Shown piece after piece: positions 1 to 10,892 of a stretch of DNA of 64,000 nucleotides. The notes beneath the pieces were generated by a model. It saw only the letters and a list, made by a program, of their open reading frames with translations, was not told where the DNA came from and made no database searches. The DNA lies in NCBI GenBank assembly GCA_038243585.1, contig JBBSQY010000002.1:86857-150856 (forward strand), read 5' to 3'. How positions within the stretch are numbered: the stretch's first letter is position 1; every line of letters starts with the position of its first letter. This DNA is from Candidatus Sumerlaeales bacterium. GTDB lineage: Bacteria; Sumerlaeota; Sumerlaeia; Sumerlaeales; Sumerlaeaceae. The position numbers and the translations under genes are program-made.

Positions 1-1163
1 GTAGAATCGTCGTTTGCCAGCAACACATAATACCCGGTCTTGCCATACTGTATGGTTTCATTGGGCAGCACAAGGACATCCTCGCGTCGCTCCGCCTGGA
101 TTTCCACGTTGGCGGTCATCTCAGGCTTGAGGATGTCGAGACCGGCTTCGCCCACTTCCATTTTTACTTCGAAGGTAACGACGTTGCTGTTTGTGACACC
201 TTTGGCCGCGACGCGAACCACTTCGCCGGTAAACCGTTGCCCAGGAAAGGCATCGGCCGTAATGACCGCCTTTTGTTTTTCCCGAATTTTACCGATGTCT
301 GATTCATCTACGCTGGCGTCGATAAAGAGGCGGCTTAAATCGCTGAGGGTCATTAGAGTAGTGCCGCCGCCTACGTTGCTGATACCGGAAGCTATTATCT
401 GGCCGATTTGCACGGGGCGGGATGTAATCACACCATTCATGGGAGCGTATATTTTGGTTTCCTTGAGGCGCTGTTCCACGTTTTCCATGTCAATTTCCGC
501 GCGGGTAACTTCTGTTTTATTGAGGATAATGTCTTGTTTGCGAAGTTCCACGGTCCGGGGAAGATTTTGCAGTTCAGTGATACGCACCCGGGCCTGCGTG
601 AGCGCACGCTCCGCAGCGCTGGCGTCACTGCGAAGGATATCGAGCTCTTCGCTACTGACAACGCGTTTGCGGTAAAGGTCCTGAGTTCGTTCGAGGCGGC
701 CCTGAATTTCGCGGTATTTCACCTGGGCTGAGTCTAGCTCGGCAAGGGCAGTAGAAGTGCCTGTGTCGACATCGGCCTGGGCAATTCTGAGCTGTTGCGT
801 AGCCTGCTCGAGACGGGCGCGGGTCGCCTGGAGCTGCGCCTGGCGTTGGGCTACATTGCGGAGTTCGTCTACGGGGTCCAGCTGGCACAGCAGATCGCCG
901 GAGGTGATTTTGTCGCTGACGTCAAACGGGAGCCTCGTAATCTGACCGCTCGCCTTAGACTTGATCTCTACGTCTAAATTAGACACGACTTTTCCGGTGG
1001 TAGATACGCGAAGATCAATGGTTTTGCGTTCGACTAAAATCAAACGCGGCTTGTCAGATTGCTGCTCTGCTTCCTGCGTCGCGGCAGCCTGTTTCTGTTG
1101 ATACCAATATGCCGCCGCTCCACATGCGGCCAGGAGAATAAGGAACACCACAAACTTTTTCAA
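1..1163 (-). CDS. Efflux periplasmic adaptor subunit (MacA/HlyD-like), 3' end runs off the window
   Basis: Read manually on the minus strand. TTG start at 1163 overlaps the upstream TGA. Translation MKKFVVFLILLAACGAAAYWYQQ...STTGKVVSNLDVEIKSKASGQI is typical of membrane-fusion proteins. The + ORF 40..675 is its antisense shadow. Confidence 0.85.
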   Translation of the reverse strand, partial: MKKFVVFLILLAACGAAAYWYQQKQAAATQEAEQQSDKPRLILVERKTIDLRVSTTGKVVSNLDVEIKSKASGQITRLPFDVSDKITSGDLLCQLDPVDELRNVAQRQAQLQATRARLEQATQQLRIAQADVDTGTSTALAELDSAQVKYREIQGRLERTQDLYRKRVVSSEELDILRSDASAAERALTQARVRITELQNLPRTVELRKQDIILNKTEVTRAEIDMENVEQRLKETKIYAPMNGVITSRPVQIGQIIASGISNVGGGTTLMTLSDLSRLFIDASVDESDIGKIREKQKAVITADAFPGQRFTGEVVRVAAKGVTNSNVVTFEVKMEVGEAGLDILKPEMTANVEIQAERREDVLVLPNETIQYGKTGYYVLLANDDS

Positions 1164-3202
1164 CCAGCGGGTACTCCACTTTCCGGTGTAATGTGGATTG
1201 GCTGGATTCCCCTGCGCTGCAACGCCGTTCCTTCCACACGATACAGTTCGAGGTAGGCATTTATGTTTGCAACTTCGGCAACCACTCTATCAAGCTGAGA
1301 CTGTACAAAGTCGCGCTGCGCCTGGCTAACCTCAATCTGTGTGCTGCGACCAACGCGGAATTTTTCGGTCTCCGCTTCCAGCTGACGCCTTCTCAGTTCT
1401 TCAGTAATCTCTGTAGAGTAAATAAGGCGGCTGGTACGTTCGATCTCGAGAATGGCGGTACGAACCTCCACGTCGATGATCTGGCAAAAATTTCGGATCG
1501 CCTCTTCTGATAGGGTCTTTTGGAAATTGGCGCGGCGGTGGTTGGCGTTTGCGGTGCGGTTTTGCAGCGGATAGCTGAACTGCAGGCCGACCTGATAGTT
1601 ACGGGTGTCGGTTTCCGGAACCCGTTTAAGGGAATCCCATTGTGTATCGCCAACGCCGGTGAGGCCAAGACCGATGACAAAATCGAGCCGGGGCAAAAGG
1701 CCGTTAGTGGTCCGGTGAACTTCAAGTTCGCCGTTTGCCAGATCAATCTGAGCCTGACGCAGGTCCGGTCTGTAATACCTTGCGAGCCTTACCCGTTCTT
1801 CCGGCACAAGCTTTTCCGTGGGGAGAATGGGTTCTTCACTAGGGAAGATGAGCGACTTCCAGCCGGTGCTCAGATTTTCAGGATTAATAAGGCGTAGAAA
1901 AACGAGCTGGCGCTGTTTCAGGTTAGAAATAGCGTTAATAATGTCGCTGACGCGGCTGGCTTCTTCGGCCTGAGCTGCCAGGGAATCGAGGGGCGCGGAG
2001 CGTCCAACCCGCACGAATTCTTCAGTACGTTCGCGCTGTTCACGGGCAACCTCGAAGGCTTTACGACGAATGTCGAGGGTTTCATAGGCGAGATAGATAT
2101 CCCAATACGCTTTTTGTACATCAGTAACCAGGTTTATCAGGGTGTTTTGAAGCTGATAGAGGGAGATGACGAAGTTGTTTTGAGCCGTCCATACGGAGAT
2201 GAGATTTACATCGCTGCCGGCGCCTCGCAGCAGGTTCTGAGTGATGTTCAGGTTAAGATCGTTGCTAAAGAAAGGCTCGGTTCTGTTTGTGTCACTCCGG
2301 TTTCCAGAGAAGTTAAGGTTGTAGTTCGTGCCAGCCGGTGTGCGACCTTTGAGGGCAACATCGTAATCCAGACCACGGCTCATGGATATATCGTCTACCC
2401 GGTTATCCGGCCCTCTGCTGGGTCGTGGTCCGAGGGTTGATCGACGACTGGAAGCGACGCCGACTGCGGCTTCAAGAACGGTATCAAATTCCCCTTCCGC
2501 GTTTTCAATGCCTGTGTTAGAAATTTCCGGGCGAAGCTGGTCAACTCGAAGTGCCTGATTACTCTGGAGGCTCTGGCAAACCGCAAGCAGCAGCGACATT
2601 TTGCGTACGTTGCTGCTCTTGGTCAGGCTTTCCAGGTCGCCTAGGAAATTACCGGCGCGGGGGTTATCATACATATCGCTGAGGCGCATGGTTGAAGTTG
2701 ATTCTTCGTAGCCGAGGCTTTCGGTAGTGTTTAAAAAGTCGTCGGACAGCAGGGTTGTCATGTCCATTAGTGTTGAAGTGGTGGTGTCGTAGCCGATGGG
2801 GGGCAGACTGAGCAGGCTGTCCTGAAGATCCAGCGTACGATTGCGCAGGGTGTCGTTAAAGGTCGCAGTGTCGGTTCCAGTGGTCAATCCAGACGTTGTA
2901 GACAAGTCCGAATACACCGGCAGTGTTGTTCCCAGGTCCAGGTCGATGTTGCTGTAGTCGTAGTCCGTTTCAAAATCTATTGACGCAGTAGTAATGTCGG
3001 AAGCCAGGCTGGGGATCCGGGGTTTAGACAACTGGGCCAACTGGTCGCCAGATATAGTAGTCGCAGGGCGAACCTCAAACTTTTGCACTACTTTTGGTTG
3101 AGTAGAGACAGCGTTAGAGGCTGCGATCACATAAGCGGAGCAGGTGGCAGTGGCTACTATGGTAAGTAAGCGAGCAATGGCGGAACAGGAAGCGAATTTC
3201 AT
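1160..3202 (-). CDS. TolC family outer membrane efflux protein with a long N-terminal extension
   Basis: OEP-type helical repeats (VQKAYWDIYLA, RPDLRQAQ, LLPRLDF, KFRVGRSTQIEVSQAQ); lies next to the adaptor and ABC permease genes. Confidence 0.9.
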   Translation of the reverse strand: MKFASCSAIARLLTIVATATCSAYVIAASNAVSTQPKVVQKFEVRPATTISGDQLAQLSKPRIPSLASDITTASIDFETDYDYSNIDLDLGTTLPVYSDLSTTSGLTTGTDTATFNDTLRNRTLDLQDSLLSLPPIGYDTTTSTLMDMTTLLSDDFLNTTESLGYEESTSTMRLSDMYDNPRAGNFLGDLESLTKSSNVRKMSLLLAVCQSLQSNQALRVDQLRPEISNTGIENAEGEFDTVLEAAVGVASSRRSTLGPRPSRGPDNRVDDISMSRGLDYDVALKGRTPAGTNYNLNFSGNRSDTNRTEPFFSNDLNLNITQNLLRGAGSDVNLISVWTAQNNFVISLYQLQNTLINLVTDVQKAYWDIYLAYETLDIRRKAFEVAREQRERTEEFVRVGRSAPLDSLAAQAEEASRVSDIINAISNLKQRQLVFLRLINPENLSTGWKSLIFPSEEPILPTEKLVPEERVRLARYYRPDLRQAQIDLANGELEVHRTTNGLLPRLDFVIGLGLTGVGDTQWDSLKRVPETDTRNYQVGLQFSYPLQNRTANANHRRANFQKTLSEEAIRNFCQIIDVEVRTAILEIERTSRLIYSTEITEELRRRQLEAETEKFRVGRSTQIEVSQAQRDFVQSQLDRVVAEVANINAYLELYRVEGTALQRRGIQPIHITPESGVPAG

Positions 3203-3338
3203 GGGAAAAGGTGGATCCTCCAGCAGGGTTCCAAGGTTTCATTTGAGTTTGTGAGAGTGGTTTAGAAACGTTAATGAACGGGATTTGCCGGCGGAAGTAT
3301 CGCAGGTCAATATTTAGTTCGAAAATTAAGTACCTAAC

Positions 3339-4565
3339 CTATTCGTACCGCAGCGCATCGATGGGATCCATGGCGGCGGCCTTGCGCGCCGGGTACCAGC
3401 CGAAGAATACGCCGACGGCGAAAGAGAAACAGAAGGCCAGCACAACGGGCCATACCTGGAAAATGGCGGAGAACGCGCCGTCGAAGTAGTTAGCCATGAC
3501 GTAGTTGAACAGGAAGATACTGCCGATGCCGAAGGTTATCCCTAAAATTCCGCCGGTGAGGCTGACGACCACAGCTTCGAGCAGGAACTGAGTCAGAAGA
3601 TCAAAGGGCCGCGCACCAAGAGCTTTTCTAATTCCGATTTCGCGGGTGCGTTCCGTCACGGTTACCAGCATGATGTTCATGATGCCGATGCCGCCCACCA
3701 GCAGAGATATGCTGGCGACCCCGGCCAGCAGCAGGGTGAACACCTGGGATACCTCGGCCAGGGAATCCGCGATCTCCTGCAGGTTTCGCACAGTAAAATC
3801 GTCACCGCGGCCGGGTTGAATTTTGTGCTGTCGCCGAAGCACGGCGGAAACGCTTTCGATGGCTTCCTGCATATCGGTGCCATCTTTTACGGTTAAGTAA
3901 ATGGAATCAATGTTTTCTTTGCCCATAAGCTGATTCATCCCGGTGTTAAGAGGCACCACAATTTGATCGTCGGGATTGTACCAGCCCTGATCGCCCTTGG
4001 TCTTGGTAACGCCAATGACAATAAAGTTTATCCCCTTTACCTTGATCTGCTCACCGACAGGATTTAAGTCGCCGAAGAGATCAGCTGCGGTTTTAGAGCC
4101 CAGAACAGCAACCTTTGCGGATTGATTAACTTCCGACTCGGTAAATGCCCGGCCATATTCGACTACGAAATTTCTAACTTTGAAGTACGTTGGCGCCTCT
4201 GCCAGAACAGATACCTGGCTGTTTTTGTTGAGGTATTTTGCCTGGTATCGGGAAGAAGCCTCCGGGGAAACCATCTCGACCACCGGCACTTGTTCGAGTA
4301 TGGCGTCGGCATCCTCAAGGGTCAGGTCCTGACGCGCAGCAGAGCTCACGCCCCCGCCCCATCTGGAGGAAGGCCGAACCATTAGCAGATTGCTCCCCAT
4401 GCCCTTAACGGATTCTGTCACTTTGGCCTTCGTGCCGGCGCCCAGGGCCAGCATGGCTATCACGGCCGCCACGCCGATGATAATTCCCAGCATGGTTAAA
4501 AACGACCGCAGTTTGTTGGCTGCGATGCTTTTAAAGGCAATTCTGATGATTGTCCAGATTAACAT
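3339..4565 (-). CDS. MacB-like ABC transporter permease (FtsX domain)
   Basis: NKLRSFLTMLGIIIG, GGIGIMNIMLVTVTERTREIGIRKALGA and the C-terminal PIDALRYE are typical of the family. Confidence 0.95.
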   Translation of the reverse strand: MLIWTIIRIAFKSIAANKLRSFLTMLGIIIGVAAVIAMLALGAGTKAKVTESVKGMGSNLLMVRPSSRWGGGVSSAARQDLTLEDADAILEQVPVVEMVSPEASSRYQAKYLNKNSQVSVLAEAPTYFKVRNFVVEYGRAFTESEVNQSAKVAVLGSKTAADLFGDLNPVGEQIKVKGINFIVIGVTKTKGDQGWYNPDDQIVVPLNTGMNQLMGKENIDSIYLTVKDGTDMQEAIESVSAVLRRQHKIQPGRGDDFTVRNLQEIADSLAEVSQVFTLLLAGVASISLLVGGIGIMNIMLVTVTERTREIGIRKALGARPFDLLTQFLLEAVVVSLTGGILGITFGIGSIFLFNYVMANYFDGAFSAIFQVWPVVLAFCFSFAVGVFFGWYPARKAAAMDPIDALRYE

Positions 4566-4671
4566 GGGGAAGGTCTCATTCCACGGATTATTACGGGATC
4601 TTGTTAATAAAATGCAGCAGTTAAAGCGAAAGGAATTCTGATTTGATCAGCGATGGAAAAAACTGATTGAG

Positions 4672-7131
4672 TTGACGGTTTCCAGGTTTTCTTTCGGCGC
4701 TATTATGTTTTATCGCCGCCCGCTTATTCCATGTATCCTGGCCTATGTTGCCGGGCTGTGGCTGGTTCATTGGGTCTATCACTTTTGGCCTGCCGCCGCC
4801 TTGTTGTTAGGTGGACTGACAGCGGCTGCATCCATCAGCGTTGCCGTACGCTCGAAGGATATGAGCTTGTTCTACCTTTTTCTCCTTATGGCGTTAGGGG
4901 CGTCGGTTATGGGTGTGCGGGAGCGGAGGGCGTATGTGGCGCAGGAGGTAGTTACGCAGCTCCAGTCGCCGGCTGCAAAAATTATTTCAGGCAAAGTCAA
5001 GGCAATGGCGGAGCTGACCGATACGGAAAGTTCTCGGCTGATATTGAGCGACGTCCGGGTTACAAGCGGAAGCGGTTCTGTCGAGCTGCCGGGCCTTGTT
5101 TATTTAACGCTGGACGCGGCGGGTATGGCAGGAGGAAAGTTCCCCGGCGCGGGACAGCGAGTCATTTTTCCCGGACGGATTTTTAAGCCGGGCGCCCTCC
5201 ATAATTTCTTCGGATATGATCGAACCGCGGCCCTGCGCCATGAAGGCGTATTTGCTGGCGCAGCCCCGCTGGGGTCAAAAGGAATCGTCAGGATTCAATC
5301 GGGGAGCGACGGCGTTTTCGGCCGAATCAGCCGGACGCTGAGCAATTTCCGCCGTCTCGTTTCAGAAAACCTGCTTCGGGATATGTGGGACCGAGAAGGG
5401 CGGCTGATGGTCGCAATGCTTTTTAACGATATGAGAAACCTTGGAGATGACGAGAAGGCCATTTTCCGGGACAGCCAGACGTTTCACTTGTTTGCCGTCA
5501 GCGGAATGCACGTGGCCATATTGGCATTCGTGCTAAACCTCCTGTTTCGCGCTCTTCGATTTGGAGTTCGGGCCTCGTGGCTGGGAGTGGCTGTTGTGCT
5601 CCTGATTTATTTGTGGATTATTGGCTTTGTGCCTTCGGCCACTCGCAGCTATCTGATGCTCGTGGCATTCACTGCGGCATATGTGCTGGGGCGGGAAGTC
5701 GACGCCCTGACGTCCTTATTTTTTGCGATTGCGGCGGTGGTGGCTTTTGATCCTGCAGCACCCTGGAAAGCTGGCTTCGTTTTAAGCGTGGCCGGGGTCA
5801 CAGGTATTATCCTGCTGGCTCCGCTTCTGCTGTTGTGGTTTCCGTGGCCGGGGGAAAATCGGCATTCCGGGTGGAGACGATGGGCTGCCAATGGGATGAA
5901 GCTTTTAATGGCGACAATAGCCGTGTCTATCTTTCTGCTGCCGCTCCAGGTTTACTATTTCGGCTTCTGGAATGCCGTTTCACCTGTAGCGAATTTGCTG
6001 CAGGCGATACTCGCGGAGTTTGTGCTGAGCGCCGGCATATTGACGGCGGTCGCAGGACTTGTTTCTGAGGAGGCGGGGGCGCTGGCAGGGCAGTCTGCGT
6101 CTGCCATCATGTGGATGATATATGGTATATCTAAAGCTGCTGCGGAGCTTCCTGAAGGAATGTTTTACTTCCGTCAGATACCGCTTTGGCTGCTAATGGC
6201 CTGCTATGGGATATTAATAGGCGGATACTACCTTGTGCATAGGGATTCTCCGGAGTTTCGATTAAAGAGCCGTGCCCGCTTCGCCACGCATGCCTGTTGC
6301 TGCCTGGGGATGCTGATTGTGTTCCAGCACTGGAGCGATAGCCGCCAGGACGAGCTGGAAATATGGTCGTTGGACGTGGGGCAGGGGGATGCGACGCTGG
6401 TCCGCTTTTCCAATGGGGAAACGCTGCTAATTGATGGCGGCCGATCGGATCCGGATATGGGCCGGCTGGTGGTTGTGCCGCAGCTTAGGGGACTAGGTAT
6501 CTCCAGGCTTGATTATATTGTTGCGACTCATGATGACGACGATCACACCGGCGGTCTGGCGGAAGTAATAAGGTCGGTGGGGTGCAAAAACCTGCTGGTT
6601 CCAGCTGGACTTGAGGCTAAATCGAAATCCACCAAGGCGATGTTGAAAGCGGCTAAAGACCGCAACTGCGTTGTGCAAACGGTATCTAGTGGTTACACCG
6701 CCCGGGCGGGGGAAGCGCTAATCGAAATTCTCAATCCGCTAAAAGGAGCGGCCAATACTGGCAACGACAACGAGAATTCCGTAGTTCTACAGGTTAGCCT
6801 GGGACAATTTTCTGCTTTGCTGATGGGCGACGCCGGGCTTGCGGTGGAAGAACGGCTTATTCGGGAACGAAAGCTGAGCCCGGTTACGCTGCTGAAGGCG
6901 GGGCACCATGGCAGCAAGACGGCTACAGGAAAAGATTTGCTGGTCGCGGTGCGCCCAAAGTGCGTGTTAATTTCATGTGGAGCAGGCAACCGGTTTGGAC
7001 ATCCGGCCACCGATGTGATGGCACGACTGGCGCTGGCTGGAGGAGAGATATTTCGGACGGATGTTGATGGCGCAATCTGCGTCAGCACGAACGGGGACGG
7101 GGTTAATGTTAAGCGGGCAGTAGGCTGGTAA
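4672..7131 (+). CDS. comEC: ComEC/Rec2 DNA uptake channel with a metallo-beta-lactamase domain
   Basis: HLFAVSGMHV competence motif; LDVGQGDA, THDDDDHTGG, GHHGS and NRFGHP motifs. Confidence 0.95.
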   Translation: MTVSRFSFGAIMFYRRPLIPCILAYVAGLWLVHWVYHFWPAAALLLGGLTAAASISVAVRSKDMSLFYLFLLMALGASVMGVRERRAYVAQEVVTQLQSPAAKIISGKVKAMAELTDTESSRLILSDVRVTSGSGSVELPGLVYLTLDAAGMAGGKFPGAGQRVIFPGRIFKPGALHNFFGYDRTAALRHEGVFAGAAPLGSKGIVRIQSGSDGVFGRISRTLSNFRRLVSENLLRDMWDREGRLMVAMLFNDMRNLGDDEKAIFRDSQTFHLFAVSGMHVAILAFVLNLLFRALRFGVRASWLGVAVVLLIYLWIIGFVPSATRSYLMLVAFTAAYVLGREVDALTSLFFAIAAVVAFDPAAPWKAGFVLSVAGVTGIILLAPLLLLWFPWPGENRHSGWRRWAANGMKLLMATIAVSIFLLPLQVYYFGFWNAVSPVANLLQAILAEFVLSAGILTAVAGLVSEEAGALAGQSASAIMWMIYGISKAAAELPEGMFYFRQIPLWLLMACYGILIGGYYLVHRDSPEFRLKSRARFATHACCCLGMLIVFQHWSDSRQDELEIWSLDVGQGDATLVRFSNGETLLIDGGRSDPDMGRLVVVPQLRGLGISRLDYIVATHDDDDHTGGLAEVIRSVGCKNLLVPAGLEAKSKSTKAMLKAAKDRNCVVQTVSSGYTARAGEALIEILNPLKGAANTGNDNENSVVLQVSLGQFSALLMGDAGLAVEERLIRERKLSPVTLLKAGHHGSKTATGKDLLVAVRPKCVLISCGAGNRFGHPATDVMARLALAGGEIFRTDVDGAICVSTNGDGVNVKRAVGW

Positions 7132-7160
7132 ATCGCGCCGGGCCATAGCCGATTAATAAT

Positions 7161-7193
7161 AAAAGGGCTGAGAAACTTTCGTCTCTCAACCCT
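7161..7193 (-). terminator. Intrinsic terminator downstream of the sulfatase gene
   Basis: Minus-strand 13-bp stem AGGGTTGAGAGAC-GAAA-GTTTCTCAGCCCT followed by a T-rich tail. Confidence 0.7.
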
Positions 7194-7222
7194 GCAAAAC
7201 ATGTTCTTGCTAAAAGGTACGA

Positions 7223-8692
7223 CTACTGGTTGCCCTGTTTAGCTTTGTTCCGGTTGCGCTTTCCTTTTTTCCGAACAGCCGGTTTGCTGGTTTTCGAGTC
7301 GTTCTCGGCGGCCAGTTTTTCTCTCGCTTTAAGTAATCTAGAATCCAAAAAAAGTGGTGGTGCGTTTTTGCGGTTCCAAACTTGCCAGGCCTTCCGAAGC
7401 TCAGCGACCTTTTCACTGTTTTCCTGCGCGACATCTTTTGTTTCGCCTATATCTTCATTCAGGTTATAGAGGGCCCAAGGCGCTCCGTCGGCTGGCTGGA
7501 CTGCTTTCCAGTCGCCCATTCTGACGGCTTTTTGGTTAGGGGCGTCAGTCCATTTCCAGAAGAGAGCTTCATGAGGCGTTCCGGTATTTTTACCGGTGAT
7601 AAACGGCAGCAGATCAACTCCTTCAAGATCAGAAGTTGTAGTTGTATTAGCGGCAGCCAGGAAGGTTGGGGTAAGATCGAGAGCAATAACAGGCTTTTCA
7701 TATTTTAGGCCTGCAGGAATAACTCCGTTCCACTGAATGAACAGGGGAACCCGAATGCCGCCTTCATATACAGTAGCTTTGCCGTCGCGCAGGACACCAT
7801 TGGATTCAGAAAGATTGCCGCGGGTACCGCCGTTATCATTGAAAAATACGATAAGGGTATTATCTTCTTGCCCGGAGTCACGGACAGCTTTCAAAATGTC
7901 GCCCACGGAATTATCCATCTCATAAATCATCGCCGCCATAGCGCGGTCTCGATCGTCTTTAATATTTTCAAACTTCTTCCGGGTTTCCTCCGGGGCTTGT
8001 AACGGAGTATGAACCGCGTTGAACGGGACATAGAGGAAGTAGGGATTGTCCTTTGAACGGCCAATGAACTGAACGGCTTCATCACCAAATGCGGTTGTCA
8101 GATACTGAGTCGTTTTAACAGGTTTGTCATTGCGGAGAATTGGTCCCGGTTTTTCAACTCCAGGTTGGTAATCATGGGCACCATGAAGGTGTCCGAAAAA
8201 GTAATCGAATCCCTGGCCGTTGGGCGTCATTTCCGTTTTAAATCCTATATGCCATTTACCAACCATGCCCGTAGAATAGCCGGCATCTTTAAGCATTTCA
8301 GAAACCAGGGTTGCAGTGGTCGGTAAGCCGAAATTTTCCGGAATTACAGGTCCATGATTGGATACGTACCCGAATCTATCTTGATAAATACCGGTGAGGA
8401 TTCCGACGCGAGAAGGCCCGCAAACAGGGCATGTCACGTATGCGTTAGTAAATTGCGCGCCGTTTTTTGCGATGGAATCAATGTTCGGAGTCTCGACTTT
8501 TTTACCGCCGGTTATACTGAGGTCGGCGTAATCCAGATCATCAGCCAGGATAAGAATGATATTTGGCTGCTTCTGCGTCTGCGAGGTTTCCGATGAACCA
8601 GCCAGTGTGGCGGTGGTTTGTGCGGAAACGGAGAACGCGCAGGCAGCCATGGCTGCCGCAAGCAGGCCGGCTCGAAACGTGGTTTGATGCAT
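7223..8692 (-). CDS. Formylglycine-dependent arylsulfatase family protein (secreted)
   Basis: PNIILILADDL, CGPSR (CxPxR), GKWH and DNGG motifs. The ATG at 8692 with an AAAGG RBS and a signal peptide is preferred over the ORF-track start at 8800. Confidence 0.93.
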   Translation of the reverse strand: MHQTTFRAGLLAAAMAACAFSVSAQTTATLAGSSETSQTQKQPNIILILADDLDYADLSITGGKKVETPNIDSIAKNGAQFTNAYVTCPVCGPSRVGILTGIYQDRFGYVSNHGPVIPENFGLPTTATLVSEMLKDAGYSTGMVGKWHIGFKTEMTPNGQGFDYFFGHLHGAHDYQPGVEKPGPILRNDKPVKTTQYLTTAFGDEAVQFIGRSKDNPYFLYVPFNAVHTPLQAPEETRKKFENIKDDRDRAMAAMIYEMDNSVGDILKAVRDSGQEDNTLIVFFNDNGGTRGNLSESNGVLRDGKATVYEGGIRVPLFIQWNGVIPAGLKYEKPVIALDLTPTFLAAANTTTTSDLEGVDLLPFITGKNTGTPHEALFWKWTDAPNQKAVRMGDWKAVQPADGAPWALYNLNEDIGETKDVAQENSEKVAELRKAWQVWNRKNAPPLFLDSRLLKAREKLAAENDSKTSKPAVRKKGKRNRNKAKQGNQ

Positions 8693-8902
8693 TATGTGCC
8701 TTTCTTTGTCCGCTGCGCGTGGCGGCATAGTATCTGGGAGAGGGAAGATGATACACTTGACAACAAATCTGATCGACAGGTTACGCGCGTAAAGGCGCAA
8801 GAGTTGATTTGCAAATTATTTTACGCGCTCGTAGGCTTGTTATGTGAAAAATATCAGCCTAAAAGCTAAGGTTTGGGGAATAACCAGTAATAGTTCGGCA
8901 AT

Positions 8903-9676
8903 TTGGAGGGTACAACTATAACAACCATGCCAGCTAACCTGACTTCGACATCACATCGACCCTACCCGCTCCCGGCGGGACGTCCGGTTATGGAAATGAA
9001 CTGGCACGATCTGATGTTTGCCCATTGGCCGCTTCCGGCGGAGGCTTTAAAAAGCCTGGTTCCCCCCGGTCTATCTATCGATGTTTTTGAGGGACAGGCC
9101 TGGATTGGCATAGTTCCGTTTTCTATGTCGGGCGTGCGACGGTGGCCGTTTCCTCCTATGCCGGGAGTTTCGCTATTCCCGGAGATTAACGTCCGCACCT
9201 ATGTGACCGATGGCGATAAGCCAGGCGTGTATTTTTTCAGCCTTGATGCCGCCAGCCTTTTTGCGGTAAAGGTTGCCCGGGCATGGTACCATTTGCCCTA
9301 CTACCATTCAAGGATCACTTCCAGGCGCGACGGTGATACGATCACCTACAGCGCATCCCGCCGCATAAAAACAGGCCAGATGCCAGTGCAATACGAAGGT
9401 GCCTACCGCGCCATCGGCCCCCCAAATTGCGGAGGCTGCGGTAAGCTTGCTCACTGGCTTACAGAACGGTACTGTTTATACAGCGTAAGTCCGCGCGGGC
9501 ATGTCTATCGTGCAGATATACACCATGACATGTGGCCGCTGCAGCTGGCAGAGGCTGAGATTCGGCTAAACAGTATGGTCGCTCCGTTAGGCCTCGTTCT
9601 ACCCAGCGCTCCACCCCTCCTTCATTTTTCCAAACGCCTGGACGTAGTCGCGTGGCAACCGGTAAGGGTAAGTTAA
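8903..9676 (+). CDS. YqjF/DUF2071 family protein
   Basis: WHDLMFAHWP, FPEINVRTYV, PGVYFFSLDA and WLTERYCLY motifs. Confidence 0.9.
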   Translation: MEGTTITTMPANLTSTSHRPYPLPAGRPVMEMNWHDLMFAHWPLPAEALKSLVPPGLSIDVFEGQAWIGIVPFSMSGVRRWPFPPMPGVSLFPEINVRTYVTDGDKPGVYFFSLDAASLFAVKVARAWYHLPYYHSRITSRRDGDTITYSASRRIKTGQMPVQYEGAYRAIGPPNCGGCGKLAHWLTERYCLYSVSPRGHVYRADIHHDMWPLQLAEAEIRLNSMVAPLGLVLPSAPPLLHFSKRLDVVAWQPVRVS

Positions 9677-9807
9677 GCCGAATCTTAGAGTATTGAGAAA
9701 ATAATACTACAAGGTTCTACAGCGCGGGATGACTTGACAGAAAACAATTTGCACTTGAGACGCTAATATACAAAAGCCTATAGTCTAAACCTTACTGGAG
9801 AGCCGCA

Positions 9808-10701
9808 ATGGATTTAATCCGCACTACGCGAGGCGCACTGATTTTTACAGCACTGGCTGTGATGACTCCACTATGGGGACAAACCCCGGATGAAATCGAA
9901 AAAATAGAAAAGGCTATGCCGGCGACTGCAAGGGTAACGCCAGAGAAGCCGCGGCGGGTACTGGTTTTCAGCCAGGCTTTGAAGTTCAAGCACGCCAGCA
10001 TACCTTATGGTGAAAAAGCCTTCCAGATAATGGGAGAAAAGACCGGAGCATTTAAGGCAGATATATCACGCGATGGGGCAGAGCTGACGCCGGAAAACCT
10101 CGCACAATACGACGCCATTATTATAAATAATACCACCGGCGATTTTATTACAACACCAAGCCTGCGGCAGGGGCTGCTGGACTTCGTGAGCAGTGGCAAA
10201 GGAATTGTCGGTATTCATGCGGCCAGCGACAGCAACTTTTCATGGGAGGAATATGGAGAACTGATTGGCGGATTTTTCGTGAACCACCCGTGGACCTCTA
10301 AGACAAAGGTAACTCTTAAAATTGAAAACCCGGATCATCCTGTCAATCAGGCATTTAAGGGACCGTCGTTCGAGGTAACAGACGAGATCTATCAGTTCCG
10401 AGAGCCATATTCTCGGGAAAAACTGCTCGTACTTGCGAGCCTGGATACCGAAAAAACGGATATGCAGAAGAAAGGGATCGAACGCACAGACAATGACTTC
10501 GCCGTTAGCTGGGTGCGCGAATGGGGCGATGGTCGCATTTTTTACTGCTCGCTTGGCCACAATCCTGAAATATTTTGGAATCAGACGGTGCTGCTGCATT
10601 ACTTGGATGGGATACAGTTTGCCTTAGGAGATCTGAAGGCTACTGCGTCAGCGTCTGATAACAGTAGCACGCAGACCGTTGCAATGCCGCGATCCAATTA
10701 A
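9808..10701 (+). CDS. ThuA-like domain protein
   Basis: FKHASIP, GIVGIHAASD, DEIY and GRIFYCSLGH motifs; signal peptide. Confidence 0.88.
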   Translation: MDLIRTTRGALIFTALAVMTPLWGQTPDEIEKIEKAMPATARVTPEKPRRVLVFSQALKFKHASIPYGEKAFQIMGEKTGAFKADISRDGAELTPENLAQYDAIIINNTTGDFITTPSLRQGLLDFVSSGKGIVGIHAASDSNFSWEEYGELIGGFFVNHPWTSKTKVTLKIENPDHPVNQAFKGPSFEVTDEIYQFREPYSREKLLVLASLDTEKTDMQKKGIERTDNDFAVSWVREWGDGRIFYCSLGHNPEIFWNQTVLLHYLDGIQFALGDLKATASASDNSSTQTVAMPRSN

Positions 10702-10892
10702 GCTGGTTTCTATGATGGTGCTAAGACCAGAAAAAGACTGATCTACTACATCGCCTTATATGTGCATTGCGTATAGGGCAATAGGGTAAGATACTATCTT
10801 CCCCATGTTTATATTAAGACTTAGCAGGTTGCATGGCTATACTGACACGGCCAGGTTGCGTCGAAATCAAATACGCATGTTTGATTGAACAT

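Noticed and set aside
40..977. Plus-strand ORFs at the window start
   Set aside because: They are antisense shadows of the minus-strand efflux adaptor gene.
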